NCBI GenBank assembly: GCA_036231405.1
Contig: JAZAHK010000003.1
Coordinates: 1 to 64,000 of the forward strand
Reading direction: 5' to 3'
Origin: Nitrospinota bacterium
GTDB taxonomy: Bacteria > UBA8248
Length of the DNA stretch: 64,000 nucleotides
Shown here: positions 38,842-51,285 of the stretch, piece after piece
Layout of the letters: every line of letters begins with the position of its first letter
Numbering within the stretch: position 1 is the first letter of the stretch
Translations under genes and position numbers: made by a program
Notes under the pieces: generated by a model
What the model was told of the DNA's origin: nothing
The model's input: only the letters and a program-made list of their open reading frames with translations
Database searches by the model: none

Positions 38842-39977
38842 TAGAGTAAACTCCTCTGTGCGGCAGCAATTCCAACAGATTCAACAAATTGACAACCCAA
38901 CTCTAAAAGGGTTTTTTCTAAAGCGCTAATAGCCACTAATATATCTGCTCCATCAACATACCCTAAATGCCCAATACGAAAGATTTTATCACTTAATTCT
39001 CCCTGTCCCCCAGCAATCGTCACTCCATAACTGGCCTGCATCTTTTTGGGGATATCTTTTCCGCTGACACCCTCAGGTACTTCCACTGCAGTCAAACATT
39101 CTGCAATCAAATCCTTTGTAAAAATATTTAATCCCATCGCCTGTATAGCTTCTCTAGTAGACTTTGAAAGTATCGCGTGTCTCTTATATATATTTTCAAG
39201 ACCTTCTTCCCGCATCATTAAAAGAGCTGATTTTAATCCCATTATTAATGAAATAGCAGGAGTCCATGCCGTAGTGTTTTTTTTCTGACTTTTTCTTTCA
39301 ATTTGCAAATCAAAATAATACGAAGGACAATTTGATTGCTCCGTTCTGTTCCATGCTTTTTTACTTAACCATACAAAAGCTAGGCCAGGCGGAAGCATCA
39401 AAGCCTTCTGACTACCCGTGATCACTGCATCCAATTCCCAATTTTCTGGTTGTACGTCATATACCCCTAATGCGGTAATAGCATCCACAACGAGTAAAGT
39501 ATCAGGGGATACCTTTTTCACAGCGTTTGATACTGCTTCAATATCGTGCTTGGACCCGGTAGAGGTTTCACTTGCCTGAATCAAAACTGCAGTATGTTTC
39601 TCCTCTAAAAGTCGCGCTTCTAGATCATTTATATTTACAGAGTGCCCAGGAACTACAGATAGTACATCTGGAACTACTCCATATGCCTGACAGATTTCTG
39701 TCCACCTTTCTCCAAATTTACCGCCTTCCACGACTAATGCTTTTTCACCCACTGAAAGAAGGTTCGAAACACACGCTTCCATCCCACCTGTTCCAGAAGA
39801 AGCCAATGTAATAACGTCGCTTTGCACCTGATACAGCCATTCCAAGCCAGAACGAATTTCTGCAAAATGTGACTCAAACTCACTTGTTCTATGATGAAAA
39901 AGTGGTTTTGCCATAGCTTCGAGAACTGGCTGTGGTACAGGGGTAGGTCCGGGTGCTAGCAAATGATTTTTCTTCAT
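38841..39977 (-). CDS. Class V aminotransferase (alanine-glyoxylate/serine-pyruvate type; probable phosphoserine aminotransferase)
   Basis: PGPTP, SGTGGME, ETSTG, SQKALMLPPG and FRIGHLG motifs; coupled to serA; ATG 39977 or 39989 preferred over TTG 40061. Confidence 0.85.
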   Translation of the reverse strand: MKKNHLLAPGPTPVPQPVLEAMAKPLFHHRTSEFESHFAEIRSGLEWLYQVQSDVITLASSGTGGMEACVSNLLSVGEKALVVEGGKFGERWTEICQAYGVVPDVLSVVPGHSVNINDLEARLLEEKHTAVLIQASETSTGSKHDIEAVSNAVKKVSPDTLLVVDAITALGVYDVQPENWELDAVITGSQKALMLPPGLAFVWLSKKAWNRTEQSNCPSYYFDLQIERKSQKKNTTAWTPAISLIMGLKSALLMMREEGLENIYKRHAILSKSTREAIQAMGLNIFTKDLIAECLTAVEVPEGVSGKDIPKKMQASYGVTIAGGQGELSDKIFRIGHLGYVDGADILVAISALEKTLLELGCQFVESVGIAAAQRSLL

Positions 39978-40108
39978 ATTCTTTCCCATTATAGCGATAA
40001 ATTTAAAAAATATTCTAGTGCAAAACCGGAAGAGGATATCAGCCCTTGAAAGTTCAATCAAGACCTATTTGAATGTATTCAAAGGAAACATCAAGAAGAC
40101 TATTGGAT

Positions 40109-40147
40109 AAAAAAACCGGGAGAGCATCAATCCCACTCTCCCGGTTT
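40109..40147 (-). terminator. Rho-independent terminator after the porin gene
   Basis: 12-bp stem AAACCGGGAGAG/CTCTCCCGGTTT; the minus strand ends in a U-run. Confidence 0.8.
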
Positions 40148-40207
40148 GGATTTCTACTACCAGCCTCTATCTGATTACTCAGATATCAGCTTATCATCAT
40201 TCTAAGT

Positions 40208-41563
40208 TTAGAATGAATGACGGATTTCAAAGTACCAACACCATGTGTCATCTAAATCAGTTGTTGCAGATGTTGATTTACCATAATCACCAACAGACAG
40301 GTATGCATAAGATACTTGTGCCCATAGGGATTTATAGAACTTATATTTCAAAGAAGCATCAACTTCTGTACCGATATTTGTGTCAGACACATATTGTGTT
40401 CCACCAGAAATATCCTGTGCAGATTCTGAAGAATGGATGCTTGAAATGTTACCTTTGAAAGAAAGTTTTTTGCTTATTGGATGGCTAACGATAATTTCCA
40501 TTACCCTTAGACCGTTACCACTTGTTCCACCGTTACCACTACCGGAACGAGTTTCATTACCCGCACCAATATTAAATGTGCTGTAACGTTTACGGGAAAT
40601 GATCTGTGGGTTATCAAACCAACCTATTCCATCATTGTTAGGAGTTGAGAAACGGCTCAACTCAGTACTGCCACTTTGCTGTGCTGTAACACCGTGTGTC
40701 TGTGAAGCAGCTAGGCCGTCACTATCACCAGTTGTGCTTACTGCACGGAAAGTCACTTTCGATTTACCAACTTTAGTTGTAGCACTTACGTGAATCATTG
40801 ATGCTTGAATATCAATATCATTCACTGTTGCACTACTTGATGGATAATCGATTTCACCTTCTTGATAACTTGCATCTAACTTAATGCTGAACATACCAAC
40901 CTTAGTTTTTGCGTTAAGGCCCCACCATCTAATATCTCTATCAGGGGATGTAGTACCAGTACCACGGCCATCCGCTTCAACAGTTAGATGAGGAGTAAGA
41001 GTTAAACCAGCCACTTTTGTTGTGAAACCAATGTGGTGAACATCAGAATCATTTTTACCAGCAAAAGGACCACCAGAACCACCAGCAGCACCTTCAGCCA
41101 TTTTAACAGTCCATGCTGTCATTTTCATGCCAGCCATTTTACCACTTACTTCCCAACCCTGGTTTCTGTTACGTCCACTGGATGTAACAACCATTTTTCC
41201 AGGTGTGTGATAATCATCACGACCAAATTGTACTTTTAATTTTGTTCCTGGTAGAGCAAACTGAACATAGTGTCTGTTTACTTTAGGTGCTGCTTTTGCA
41301 CCAGTCCAACCAGAGGCACCTAAATCAAATTCGTATACAGCCTTTATTTTTCCGCCTTCAGATATAGCAGTAAAGCGAGGACGCATTAACGTATCTGCTT
41401 TTTGGTTACCATCTTCACTTGTGTCGTCTCTATCTGCATTATCATAAGAAACACCACGGTACCTGAACAGACCAGAAAATTTAAAGCTTGCTGCAAAAAC
41501 TTCTGGCAATACAAGACCAACTGCCAATATCGCAACTGCTAAAGTTAATAAAAATTTCCGCAT
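40208..41563 (-). CDS. Outer-membrane beta-barrel porin
   Basis: Signal peptide, alternating beta-strand pattern, C-terminal Phe (YFEIRHSF), AGGAGA RBS. Confidence 0.75.
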   Translation of the reverse strand: MRKFLLTLAVAILAVGLVLPEVFAASFKFSGLFRYRGVSYDNADRDDTSEDGNQKADTLMRPRFTAISEGGKIKAVYEFDLGASGWTGAKAAPKVNRHYVQFALPGTKLKVQFGRDDYHTPGKMVVTSSGRNRNQGWEVSGKMAGMKMTAWTVKMAEGAAGGSGGPFAGKNDSDVHHIGFTTKVAGLTLTPHLTVEADGRGTGTTSPDRDIRWWGLNAKTKVGMFSIKLDASYQEGEIDYPSSSATVNDIDIQASMIHVSATTKVGKSKVTFRAVSTTGDSDGLAASQTHGVTAQQSGSTELSRFSTPNNDGIGWFDNPQIISRKRYSTFNIGAGNETRSGSGNGGTSGNGLRVMEIIVSHPISKKLSFKGNISSIHSSESAQDISGGTQYVSDTNIGTEVDASLKYKFYKSLWAQVSYAYLSVGDYGKSTSATTDLDDTWCWYFEIRHSF

Positions 41564-41931
41564 TACTTTCTCCTAATATTTAAGCTTAAATACTACTAAA
41601 TAAGTTAAAAAACTGTGTTACAAAAACGTTTGTTACATACCACTACCTACACAGTGTCCTCTTATAGGCACCTCCTCTTAGGCGGTATAAAAAAAACAAT
41701 CGAAATCGCACGCACACACCAAACCGTACGTGCAAACTAATATACACTTACTGTTCAATAAAAAAACTTGCAACTTCCATGTATACTAAAAAAATTAATT
41801 TCCCCAGTCAACATATTTAACATGTAATATAAGTTAATAATATAAATAATGAAACTAATAATGCAAATTATAAAATTTCGTCTAGAACAAATTGAATTTA
41901 TAGAATAATCATTAAATCTATTAGATAGACC

Positions 41932-43863
41932 TTACTTACCATACTTCTTTATATCATAGAGGTAAATTTTACTAGAAGGATTCGTAGTAAGCATCGAAGT
42001 ATCAGTAGTGACAACAATTAAATCTTTTCTTCCGTCATTGTCACTGTCTGCCACTTCAAAATCTACAACACCTTGGGAAAGTTTTTTAGATCTCCAAAAT
42101 TCAGATAAACCGCTACCATCCCAAACCATACTAACAATCTGTCCAGCAGAAATACCAAGACCAGGAACTATACGTGATCCGGAATATTTGTTTGCAATAA
42201 CGAGCACTTCTTCTATTCCATCCCCATCTGTATCTTCAACCTTAATTCTAGAACGAATTAAGATATCGAATTCAGAAACAGAAGTAGAATTTCTTCTTTC
42301 TTCAGTGGATTGAAAACGGTGGACCGCAGCACCATAATATTCTGCACTTTTATAAAAAACGCTGCCTGTTCTATTCATGATACGAAGTTTATCATCCTTT
42401 CCGATCTCAATGATATTTAATTTTCCATCTCGATCGATATCCCATAAAGAAAAACCAAGTATTTCAAAATCCTCCGGCATCTTATATGTCGCTATTTTCA
42501 TAATTTGATCCGATGACCACGTATACCTAGCAATTGGTCCTGTAAAAGGTTCATCAAACCCCTGTCTTTGTCCTAGTAGCAGGGAAACATCTTTATCTTT
42601 TGATGAAGGATTTTTCTTTCTCGTCTTAAGCACACGCAAAAAGATATTTCTTTTTGAAAAGATTTTCACGAATTTCTTCTGTTTCACTTCAAACACCAAG
42701 GAGGAAACATTATCATGTTCGTAACTTGCCACGTAAATTTCAGGGACTCCATTTGAGTTTAAATCCGCAACATCCATCCATCGAAAATCATTTCCTACCC
42801 CCGCATCATATCGAAACAACTCTCGAATTTTATTATTTAGAATTTGAAATGCTATCAATTCTGTAGATGTCAGAATAACAAGTTCGTTCTTCCCATCTAA
42901 ATCCAAATCTGAAACCGCTACGCCTCTTACCCCTAATTTGTCAAAATGGAAGGCTTTCACTCCTCCCATAATAGATATCCCAGGAAGACCGGAAGTAGAC
43001 TTTTGGAAATTTCCGCCAAACGCAAAAAAACCTCTTCTTCTTTTCCCTCTTTTCAAAGTCCCTTTCTTTGGAACCCCTTGTGCATAGGGCACCCTGCTCA
43101 CAGAAGCAATAGCCTCAAATAGAACACGTTTCGAAGTGAGTGAAATAACTTTACTCTTTAGAAAGGTTCTTCCCTTTACTTCGACAATAGCACTTTGGAT
43201 GGCCATGTCGGATCGCACCTCATTACGCAAGGAAATAGGATTTTTCCCTTCTAAAATTTTATCCTCTGGGATACCGTTTTTAAGAAGCCATACTTCGAGT
43301 TGATCAATATCAAAAACATCAAATCTACCTTTTTTCAACAGCGATTTTACAAGTTCTCTCGTCAACAAATCCGTGCTATACGGTTCGTCCGTGAGATTTG
43401 CAAAGGGTAGGATGGCAATCTTTATTTTCGCCGAAGAGGCCCGAACTACGTCTTTCACCTTAGGGACCAAATCTCCTCCAGGAGCTAAACGTATGACGCG
43501 GGCTACTGAAAATTTTTCCCTCACTTCCACTACCTTAATATCCGCAACATTTTTTTCTAAAGAACCGAGTGGCTCTCCGGTAACAGGATGTTTGAAAACC
43601 TCACCCTGTCGAAACACTCCAATTTTCAACCCCTTTACAACTTTATTCCTTGATCCAATACTCAAATAAAGATCTGCACCTTTTATCGCAACAATAGAAC
43701 CTTCGACATGAGGGTAATATGTGTGAACTTTTTTACTGAGAGCACGAATCGAACTTGTATAATCCAAAGAAAAAAGAATGGATGGATAAAACCCAATACA
43801 AAAAAATATAAGGGCAAAAAAACATAGAATTTTTTTTCTCAAAAAATGAAACCCTAAATACAT
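41932..43863 (-). CDS. Secreted FG-GAP/VCBS repeat protein with N-terminal FlgT/CsgG-like domains
   Basis: DLDLDGKNEL, DLNSNGVPEI, DIDRDG, DTDGDGIEE and DSDNDGRKDL repeats; HPVTGEPL and IAILPFAN segments. Confidence 0.7.
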   Translation of the reverse strand: MYLGFHFLRKKILCFFALIFFCIGFYPSILFSLDYTSSIRALSKKVHTYYPHVEGSIVAIKGADLYLSIGSRNKVVKGLKIGVFRQGEVFKHPVTGEPLGSLEKNVADIKVVEVREKFSVARVIRLAPGGDLVPKVKDVVRASSAKIKIAILPFANLTDEPYSTDLLTRELVKSLLKKGRFDVFDIDQLEVWLLKNGIPEDKILEGKNPISLRNEVRSDMAIQSAIVEVKGRTFLKSKVISLTSKRVLFEAIASVSRVPYAQGVPKKGTLKRGKRRRGFFAFGGNFQKSTSGLPGISIMGGVKAFHFDKLGVRGVAVSDLDLDGKNELVILTSTELIAFQILNNKIRELFRYDAGVGNDFRWMDVADLNSNGVPEIYVASYEHDNVSSLVFEVKQKKFVKIFSKRNIFLRVLKTRKKNPSSKDKDVSLLLGQRQGFDEPFTGPIARYTWSSDQIMKIATYKMPEDFEILGFSLWDIDRDGKLNIIEIGKDDKLRIMNRTGSVFYKSAEYYGAAVHRFQSTEERRNSTSVSEFDILIRSRIKVEDTDGDGIEEVLVIANKYSGSRIVPGLGISAGQIVSMVWDGSGLSEFWRSKKLSQGVVDFEVADSDNDGRKDLIVVTTDTSMLTTNPSSKIYLYDIKKYGK

Positions 43864-44044
43864 AACTTCCCGTTCCTTTTAATTTTCAAAAAAACCTAAT
43901 TTCACGTACTCAAGATACAAGAAACAAGAAGACTACTACAAGACAGTTGAAAATAAAAATTCCAGTTTCCCGTTAAAAAACATTCCTTAAGAAGAATGTC
44001 CTTTGACCTTCATGCAATTGATTGGTAGAGTTTCTCATGTAGTT

Positions 44045-44116
44045 TCGCTGGGGGTGCCCCGGGCTGAGATAATACCCTTGAAACCTGAACCGGACAATGC
44101 CGGCGTAGGGAAGCGA
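44045..44116 (+). promoter_or_regulatory. TPP riboswitch
   Basis: GGGGTGC...GCTGAGA...ACCCTTGAAACCTGAACCGGACAATGCCGGCGTAGGGAA; P1 TCGCT/AGCGA; downstream CTTCCCT can pair with AGGGAAG; upstream of thiC. Confidence 0.95.
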
Positions 44117-44162
44117 TACCGTTTTTAGACTTCCCTTCTGTTTTAGCACCCTATCAATGTAG

Positions 44163-45950
<1,788 letters not shown>

Positions 45951-45972
45951 ATTAAAAATTCAAACTTTTTCC

Positions 45973-46311
45973 TTGGATAGCATGGAACAAGACACTTTTA
46001 ATATTCATCCCTCCGAAGTTCAATCTTTGCGCGATAAGGGAGAGAAATTTATTTTTCTTGACATTCGTGAAGATGAAGAATTAGAAATCGCTAATATATC
46101 TAACACTATGCATATTCCAATGGGAGATGTCCCATCCAAAGTTAATCTTTTGGACAATGAGGTTCCAATTGTTGTTTTCTGTCATCATGGACAGAGGAGT
46201 GCTATGGTCACTCAATTTTTAAAGCAACTAGATTTTGATGATGTACGAAATATGCAAGGTGGTATAGAAGCATGGGCCATCGAAATAGACACAAGTATTC
46301 CAAGATACTAA
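45973..46311 (+). CDS. Rhodanese-like sulfurtransferase
   Basis: LDIRE, FCHHGQRS and GGIEAW...PRY motifs. Confidence 0.9.
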   Translation: MDSMEQDTFNIHPSEVQSLRDKGEKFIFLDIREDEELEIANISNTMHIPMGDVPSKVNLLDNEVPIVVFCHHGQRSAMVTQFLKQLDFDDVRNMQGGIEAWAIEIDTSIPRY

Positions 46312-46320
46312 AAATCGTTC

Positions 46321-47304
46321 CTAAATTTTAACGACTACATTCCCTGTATTTTCGAATTTTTCCATAACTTCATGTGAAGAGGCAGTATCTTCCAAAGAAA
46401 AAACTGACGCAATTTGATGAATAAGAGGATACTCATTACAAGCGTTCACAATGTCTTCACATGCCTTGAAAGCATCCGCGTCAGGGACTGAATACATAAA
46501 AATCATTCTTATAGTGAAGTTTTTTTGCATCATGTCATACCAAGCAAATACAGGTTCAGGAACTCTGGTAGACCCATATGCAGCAATAATACCATTTTCT
46601 TTTAATACTTGTTTAGTTACAGGTAGATTTTCTCCAAAATCAACATCTAAAATCTGATCTACACCTTCCCCTGAAGTTAAATCTAAAATTTGTTCTGTAA
46701 TTTTGTCATTGTTTTTATAATTTACTACACTGTCCGCACCGACCTTCATAGCAATAGTCGCTTTTTCATCAGTGCTGACTGTAGCTATCACCTTTGCACC
46801 AGCCCATTTAGCAAGCTGAATCCCATAGTTACCTACAGCACCAGCACCCCCCGTCACCAAAATAACTTTATCCTTGAGAGGACGACCAAGGAATAAACCT
46901 AGATGAGCAGTCATTGCAGGTATGGCAAGACACGCACCCTCTTCAAATGAAACATTTTCAGGGAGAGGGACGACTTGCCTTTCAGGAAGGACAACAAACT
47001 CGCACGCAGTACCCATCGGTCTTTTCCATTGCGCATTGAAAACCCAGACACGATCTCCTTCTCTAAAAGTAGTAACACCAGAACCAACTTCATCTACAAC
47101 CCCCGCGCCATCACTATGCGGAATAATTTTAGACCAACGCATTTTTCCTCTACTACCCAGACGAGCTTTATAATCGGAAGGATTTGCGCCAGAGGCGTGC
47201 AGTCTAATTCTTACCTCTCCAGAACCTGCTTCTGGAGTATCTAATTCCCCATAAATCAAAACATCTTTGGCAGGACCATATTTTTCATACCAAATTGCTC
47301 GCAT
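46321..47304 (-). CDS. NADPH:quinone oxidoreductase (MDR/zeta-crystallin family)
   Basis: NPSDYK, PHSDGAG and GGAGAVG motifs. Confidence 0.9.
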   Translation of the reverse strand: MRAIWYEKYGPAKDVLIYGELDTPEAGSGEVRIRLHASGANPSDYKARLGSRGKMRWSKIIPHSDGAGVVDEVGSGVTTFREGDRVWVFNAQWKRPMGTACEFVVLPERQVVPLPENVSFEEGACLAIPAMTAHLGLFLGRPLKDKVILVTGGAGAVGNYGIQLAKWAGAKVIATVSTDEKATIAMKVGADSVVNYKNNDKITEQILDLTSGEGVDQILDVDFGENLPVTKQVLKENGIIAAYGSTRVPEPVFAWYDMMQKNFTIRMIFMYSVPDADAFKACEDIVNACNEYPLIHQIASVFSLEDTASSHEVMEKFENTGNVVVKI

Positions 47305-47323
47305 ATTTTAATCCCTCCAAAAA

Positions 47324-48448
47324 TTATGATTTTGCTCTTTCAGATTCTATCAGTTTATGAACTCTAGGGATGAGGTCCTCTGCAATACGATCACATTCTT
47401 CTATATGAGGGTATCCTGAAAGAATAAATTCATCTATTCCCAGTTTCCAGTATGAGAGTAACTCTTGTGCGATTTGATCAGGGTTTCCTACAAGAGCCGA
47501 TCCACAGTTTACTCGAACGGTGGAAATCCCATTCCACAAATGGGTGTCTACTTTATAATCTTCAAACTCGCGAGCCTGTTCTGCCGCACCTACCATACTT
47601 GTTCCCGAAACAAGCGACGTCCTTTGTTTCTTCACACTATTTGATGCTTGAGAAAGTAGCTCACTAGCTTCGGCCCATGCGTCTTCTTCGACATTTCTCA
47701 TAATAACATGTGTACGAAGACCAAAGCTTGGATTTCTACCGAAATCAGAAAAAGATTCTCTGGCTCGTTCAAGGTGTTTTTCAACATCCTCTATTTTTGA
47801 AATCCATCCTAAGTAAATATCAGATTGTGAGCCAGCTAATTTGAGCGCCGCCGGGGATGCACCTCCTAAATAAAATTGAATGTCGTTTAAAGGACCAGGA
47901 GAACAGTGCACGTTATTCAACTGGATATGTTCCCCCTTAAATTCGATTGGTTCAGGGCTCTCCCAAAGTTTTCTTAGAGCAGCAATAAATTCTTCTGCTC
48001 TTTCATAACGGGTATCATGGTCAATAGTTTCCCCCATTTTCTCAAACTCGCCCTTAATCCCCCCAGGCACAACGTTCAAATCTATTCTTCCATTAGAAAT
48101 TTGACTAAGGGTAGCAGCCATTTGAGAAAAAAGACCTGTATTAATAAACCCTGGACGAACGGCTACCAAAAAACGAATCCTTGTGGTCACTGCAGCAAGC
48201 GCCGTAACCATTGTCCATGTCTCAGACAAAGGAGCTCTTTCATCAAAAAGCCCATTTGCAAACCTAGTCGGAATTAAAAGCGAATAAAAACCATTCCTTT
48301 CAGCTGTCTCAACTACATTACGTAGATAGTCAAATGTTGGCGGTCTCTCAGCAACCTCTGTTCCAATATGACTTCCATCACCGTCAATAGGAATAAACCA
48401 GTCAAATTTCGGAACAGGTCTAATAGGTTTTTTCATATTCTCCCTCAT
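47324..48448 (-). CDS. Luciferase-like flavin-dependent monooxygenase (SsuD-like)
   Basis: WFIP, FLVAVRPG, YLGGAS and FILSGYPHIEE motifs. Confidence 0.88.
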   Translation of the reverse strand: MRENMKKPIRPVPKFDWFIPIDGDGSHIGTEVAERPPTFDYLRNVVETAERNGFYSLLIPTRFANGLFDERAPLSETWTMVTALAAVTTRIRFLVAVRPGFINTGLFSQMAATLSQISNGRIDLNVVPGGIKGEFEKMGETIDHDTRYERAEEFIAALRKLWESPEPIEFKGEHIQLNNVHCSPGPLNDIQFYLGGASPAALKLAGSQSDIYLGWISKIEDVEKHLERARESFSDFGRNPSFGLRTHVIMRNVEEDAWAEASELLSQASNSVKKQRTSLVSGTSMVGAAEQAREFEDYKVDTHLWNGISTVRVNCGSALVGNPDQIAQELLSYWKLGIDEFILSGYPHIEECDRIAEDLIPRVHKLIESERAKS

Positions 48449-48460
48449 CAGAAAAAATTT

Positions 48461-48949
48461 TTATTTTTTTACCCATGCAGGGGCACTTCCTACAAAAATA
48501 TCTGAATCATGAAAAATTTCAATGCGGTTTCCATCCGGATCAAGAAAATAAATTGCTTCATGTCCACCCCACAAACCATTCGTACCATCTAATCGAAGAG
48601 GCCCCCACACGATCCTAACTTCTTTTCTAGACTTCACAAAAGAAACCGCGTCGTCAAAATCTTTCTTTCCCGAAACCTCAAAAGCTAGATGATGGAGACC
48701 AACATCTTTCCTGGGAACCGTGTCTTCTCCCTCTTGAGAAATCCAATCACGCGGCACAGAGAAAATCGCAAGTTGGTGATGGTATTTATCTAAATACATA
48801 AATGCACTACCAAAAGGAGTTTCGGGATGATCTCCTTCCTCATGTTTAGACCGTAATTGAAACCCTAATACATCACGATAAAACTGGATGGAACGATCTA
48901 AATCGCGTACTTTGATGCCCATATGTTGCAACCGAAGAGTTCGGATCAA
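48461..48949 (-). CDS. VOC (glyoxalase/extradiol dioxygenase-like) family protein
   Basis: HMGIKV, HHQLA, GLHHLAF and YFLDPDGNRIE motifs. Confidence 0.88.
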   Translation of the reverse strand: MIRTLRLQHMGIKVRDLDRSIQFYRDVLGFQLRSKHEEGDHPETPFGSAFMYLDKYHHQLAIFSVPRDWISQEGEDTVPRKDVGLHHLAFEVSGKKDFDDAVSFVKSRKEVRIVWGPLRLDGTNGLWGGHEAIYFLDPDGNRIEIFHDSDIFVGSAPAWVKK

Positions 48950-49081
48950 TTACATTCTCCTAAATTTTGTATTAAGAAAAAAAATCTCCTTGCCCAAGAA
49001 ACGATTATGAAGTACCTATAGTCCTACGCATAATTGAAAGAGAATTTCTCAGCTTATCAAAAATTTCTCTGGGAGAGAATC

Positions 49082-49879
49082 ATGGGAGTAATTAAAAACT
49101 TAACAAAGCAAAAATGTAAAGATGGAAAAGTAACCTTAGGTTCTGGAGTTCGCATGGCGAAGACAGTCGAGGTAGGATTAGCTATGAAGGCTTCTGGCTA
49201 CGACTGGCTTTTTATAGACTTAGAACATGGCCCTTTTACGCTTGAAACCGCTCAGCAAATTTCTATTGCAGCACTGACTCAAGAAATCACTCCGCTGGTG
49301 AGAGTAGCTGACCTTGACCCTCATCTCAGCACAAGAATTTTAGATAGTGGAGCTCAAGGGATTATCCTTCCACATGTAAATAATCCAGAAGAAGCAAAAA
49401 AATTCGTTTCTATATGCAAATTTCCAATGGAAGGGAATCGTAGTTCAGGTGGTGGTCTCGCCCATGCCAAATTTGAATCCATAGAAGCAAAAAAACTTTT
49501 AAACGATGTAAACGAAGAAATGTTACTTGTCGCAATGATCGAAACCCCAGAGGCGGGAGATAAAGCAGATGAAATTGCCGCTGTTGATGGCATTGATGTT
49601 TTGTTAATAGGAACAAATGATTTAAGTACTGGAATGGGCATTCCAGGGCAACATGATCATCCAAAAGTCAATAAAGTCTATGACCAGGTGATCAAAGCTT
49701 GCACAAAACACGGCAAAACCCCAGGGATGGGTGGTTCGTACAATCCTGTTCTTATTGAACAAAGAATTAGTGAGGGCATGCGATTTATCCTTAGCGGAAG
49801 TGATTTAAATTTTATGATTGCGGGAGCATCTGCTCAAGCAAAAATAATTAGAGAAGCAGCAAAAAAATCGGGAGTTTAA
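49082..49879 (+). CDS. HpcH/HpaI aldolase family protein
   Basis: FIDLEHG, AMIET and IGTNDLS motifs; ATG 49082 after a GGGAG RBS. Confidence 0.88.
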   Translation: MGVIKNLTKQKCKDGKVTLGSGVRMAKTVEVGLAMKASGYDWLFIDLEHGPFTLETAQQISIAALTQEITPLVRVADLDPHLSTRILDSGAQGIILPHVNNPEEAKKFVSICKFPMEGNRSSGGGLAHAKFESIEAKKLLNDVNEEMLLVAMIETPEAGDKADEIAAVDGIDVLLIGTNDLSTGMGIPGQHDHPKVNKVYDQVIKACTKHGKTPGMGGSYNPVLIEQRISEGMRFILSGSDLNFMIAGASAQAKIIREAAKKSGV

Positions 49880-49911
49880 TTACAGACTAATCAGAGTACA
49901 TAGGAGGGAAA

Positions 49912-50754
49912 ATGAAAATACTTACATTTGAATCAAACGGAACTGAAAAATTAGGAATTCTCACAGAAGGTGGGATAGAAGAAATAATCTCTGAACCACA
50001 AGATATTTATCAATTTATAGAGGAAAACGGAAAAGTTGAAACGAACCAACAACCAATACCTTTAGACTCTGTCAAATTACTTGCACCCATTCAAAATTTA
50101 AAAAGATCAGTTATTGCAGTGGGGTTGAACTATAAAAAACATGCGGATGAGGGCGCTAGAAAACGTGGAAGAGAAGTTGGAGTGTATCCTGAAATTCCCT
50201 ATTTCTTTTGCAAATGGAGCGGAACCAATAATCATCATAATGGGGAGATTATCTATCATTCATCTACTAAAGAACTCGACTATGAATGTGAACTTGTAAT
50301 CGTCATCGGGAAGAAAGGAATTAACATACCAAAAGATAAAGCTCTCGATTATGTGTATGGATATACGATCATGAATGAAGTTTCTGCCAGAGATGTTCAA
50401 CTTAAACACATGCAGTGGTTCAAAGGAAAAGCTCTTGACTCTTTCGGTCCGATTGGACCATGGATCGTAACCAAGGATGAAATAAAAGATGCAAACAATC
50501 TCAGAATTCAGACGAGAGTCAACGGTGAAACTCGGCAAGATTCTAATACGAATGATATGATTTTCGATATCTCAACACTGATTGAGTCAGTTTCTGAAGG
50601 TCTCACGCTTCAACCCGGCGACATGATTGCTACCGGCACGCCAGAGGGAGTTGGATTTGCGATGGACCCACCAAGGACTTTGCAAGCAGGAGATGTGGTG
50701 GAATGTGAGATTGATGAAATAGGAATCCTAAAAAATCATGTGGTTTCGCCGTAA
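49912..50754 (+). CDS. Fumarylacetoacetate hydrolase family protein
   Basis: VGLNY, DYECEL, GKALD and IATGTPEGVG motifs. Confidence 0.92.
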   Translation: MKILTFESNGTEKLGILTEGGIEEIISEPQDIYQFIEENGKVETNQQPIPLDSVKLLAPIQNLKRSVIAVGLNYKKHADEGARKRGREVGVYPEIPYFFCKWSGTNNHHNGEIIYHSSTKELDYECELVIVIGKKGINIPKDKALDYVYGYTIMNEVSARDVQLKHMQWFKGKALDSFGPIGPWIVTKDEIKDANNLRIQTRVNGETRQDSNTNDMIFDISTLIESVSEGLTLQPGDMIATGTPEGVGFAMDPPRTLQAGDVVECEIDEIGILKNHVVSP

Positions 50755-50790
50755 GGTACATACTACAGGTCTTCACAAAAAGACTGAAAA

Positions 50791-51285
50791 TTATTTCAAT
50801 GTTTTCTCGAGATACGGAATAAGGCCACCTGCTTTGATCATGTCCATTATGTGTTCTGGAAGCGGTTCAGCTTGCATTACTGTGTCTTGAGTGTGATTTT
50901 TCACCTCACCTGAAATCGGATCGACAGAAAGTTCATCACCTTCGGAAATGATTTTACAATCTGGACAAATCAGTACTGGCAAACCTATACATATAGAATT
51001 TCTAAAAAAGTTTCTAGCAAAACTTTGTGCTATCACAGCACCTACACCTGAAAATTTTATGCCCCGTGGCGCGGTTTCTCGACTAGAACCACAACCAAAA
51101 TTTTTTCCCCCAACAATAAAATCATTTTTGCTAACTTTTGAGGCAAATTCACTATCTACCCCTTCCATTGCATGATCTCCAAGTTTTTCATCAGGGAAAC
51201 TTGCGTAAGCCGCAGGCATAATATACCCGGTATCTATATTATCTCCGAACGTCCAAGCCTTACCTACCAAAATACGATCATTCAT
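50791..51285 (-). CDS. leuD: Isopropylmalate dehydratase/homoaconitase family, small subunit
   Basis: GDNIDT, NFGCGSSRE and FARNFFRN motifs. Confidence 0.8.
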   Translation of the reverse strand: MNDRILVGKAWTFGDNIDTGYIMPAAYASFPDEKLGDHAMEGVDSEFASKVSKNDFIVGGKNFGCGSSRETAPRGIKFSGVGAVIAQSFARNFFRNSICIGLPVLICPDCKIISEGDELSVDPISGEVKNHTQDTVMQAEPLPEHIMDMIKAGGLIPYLEKTLK

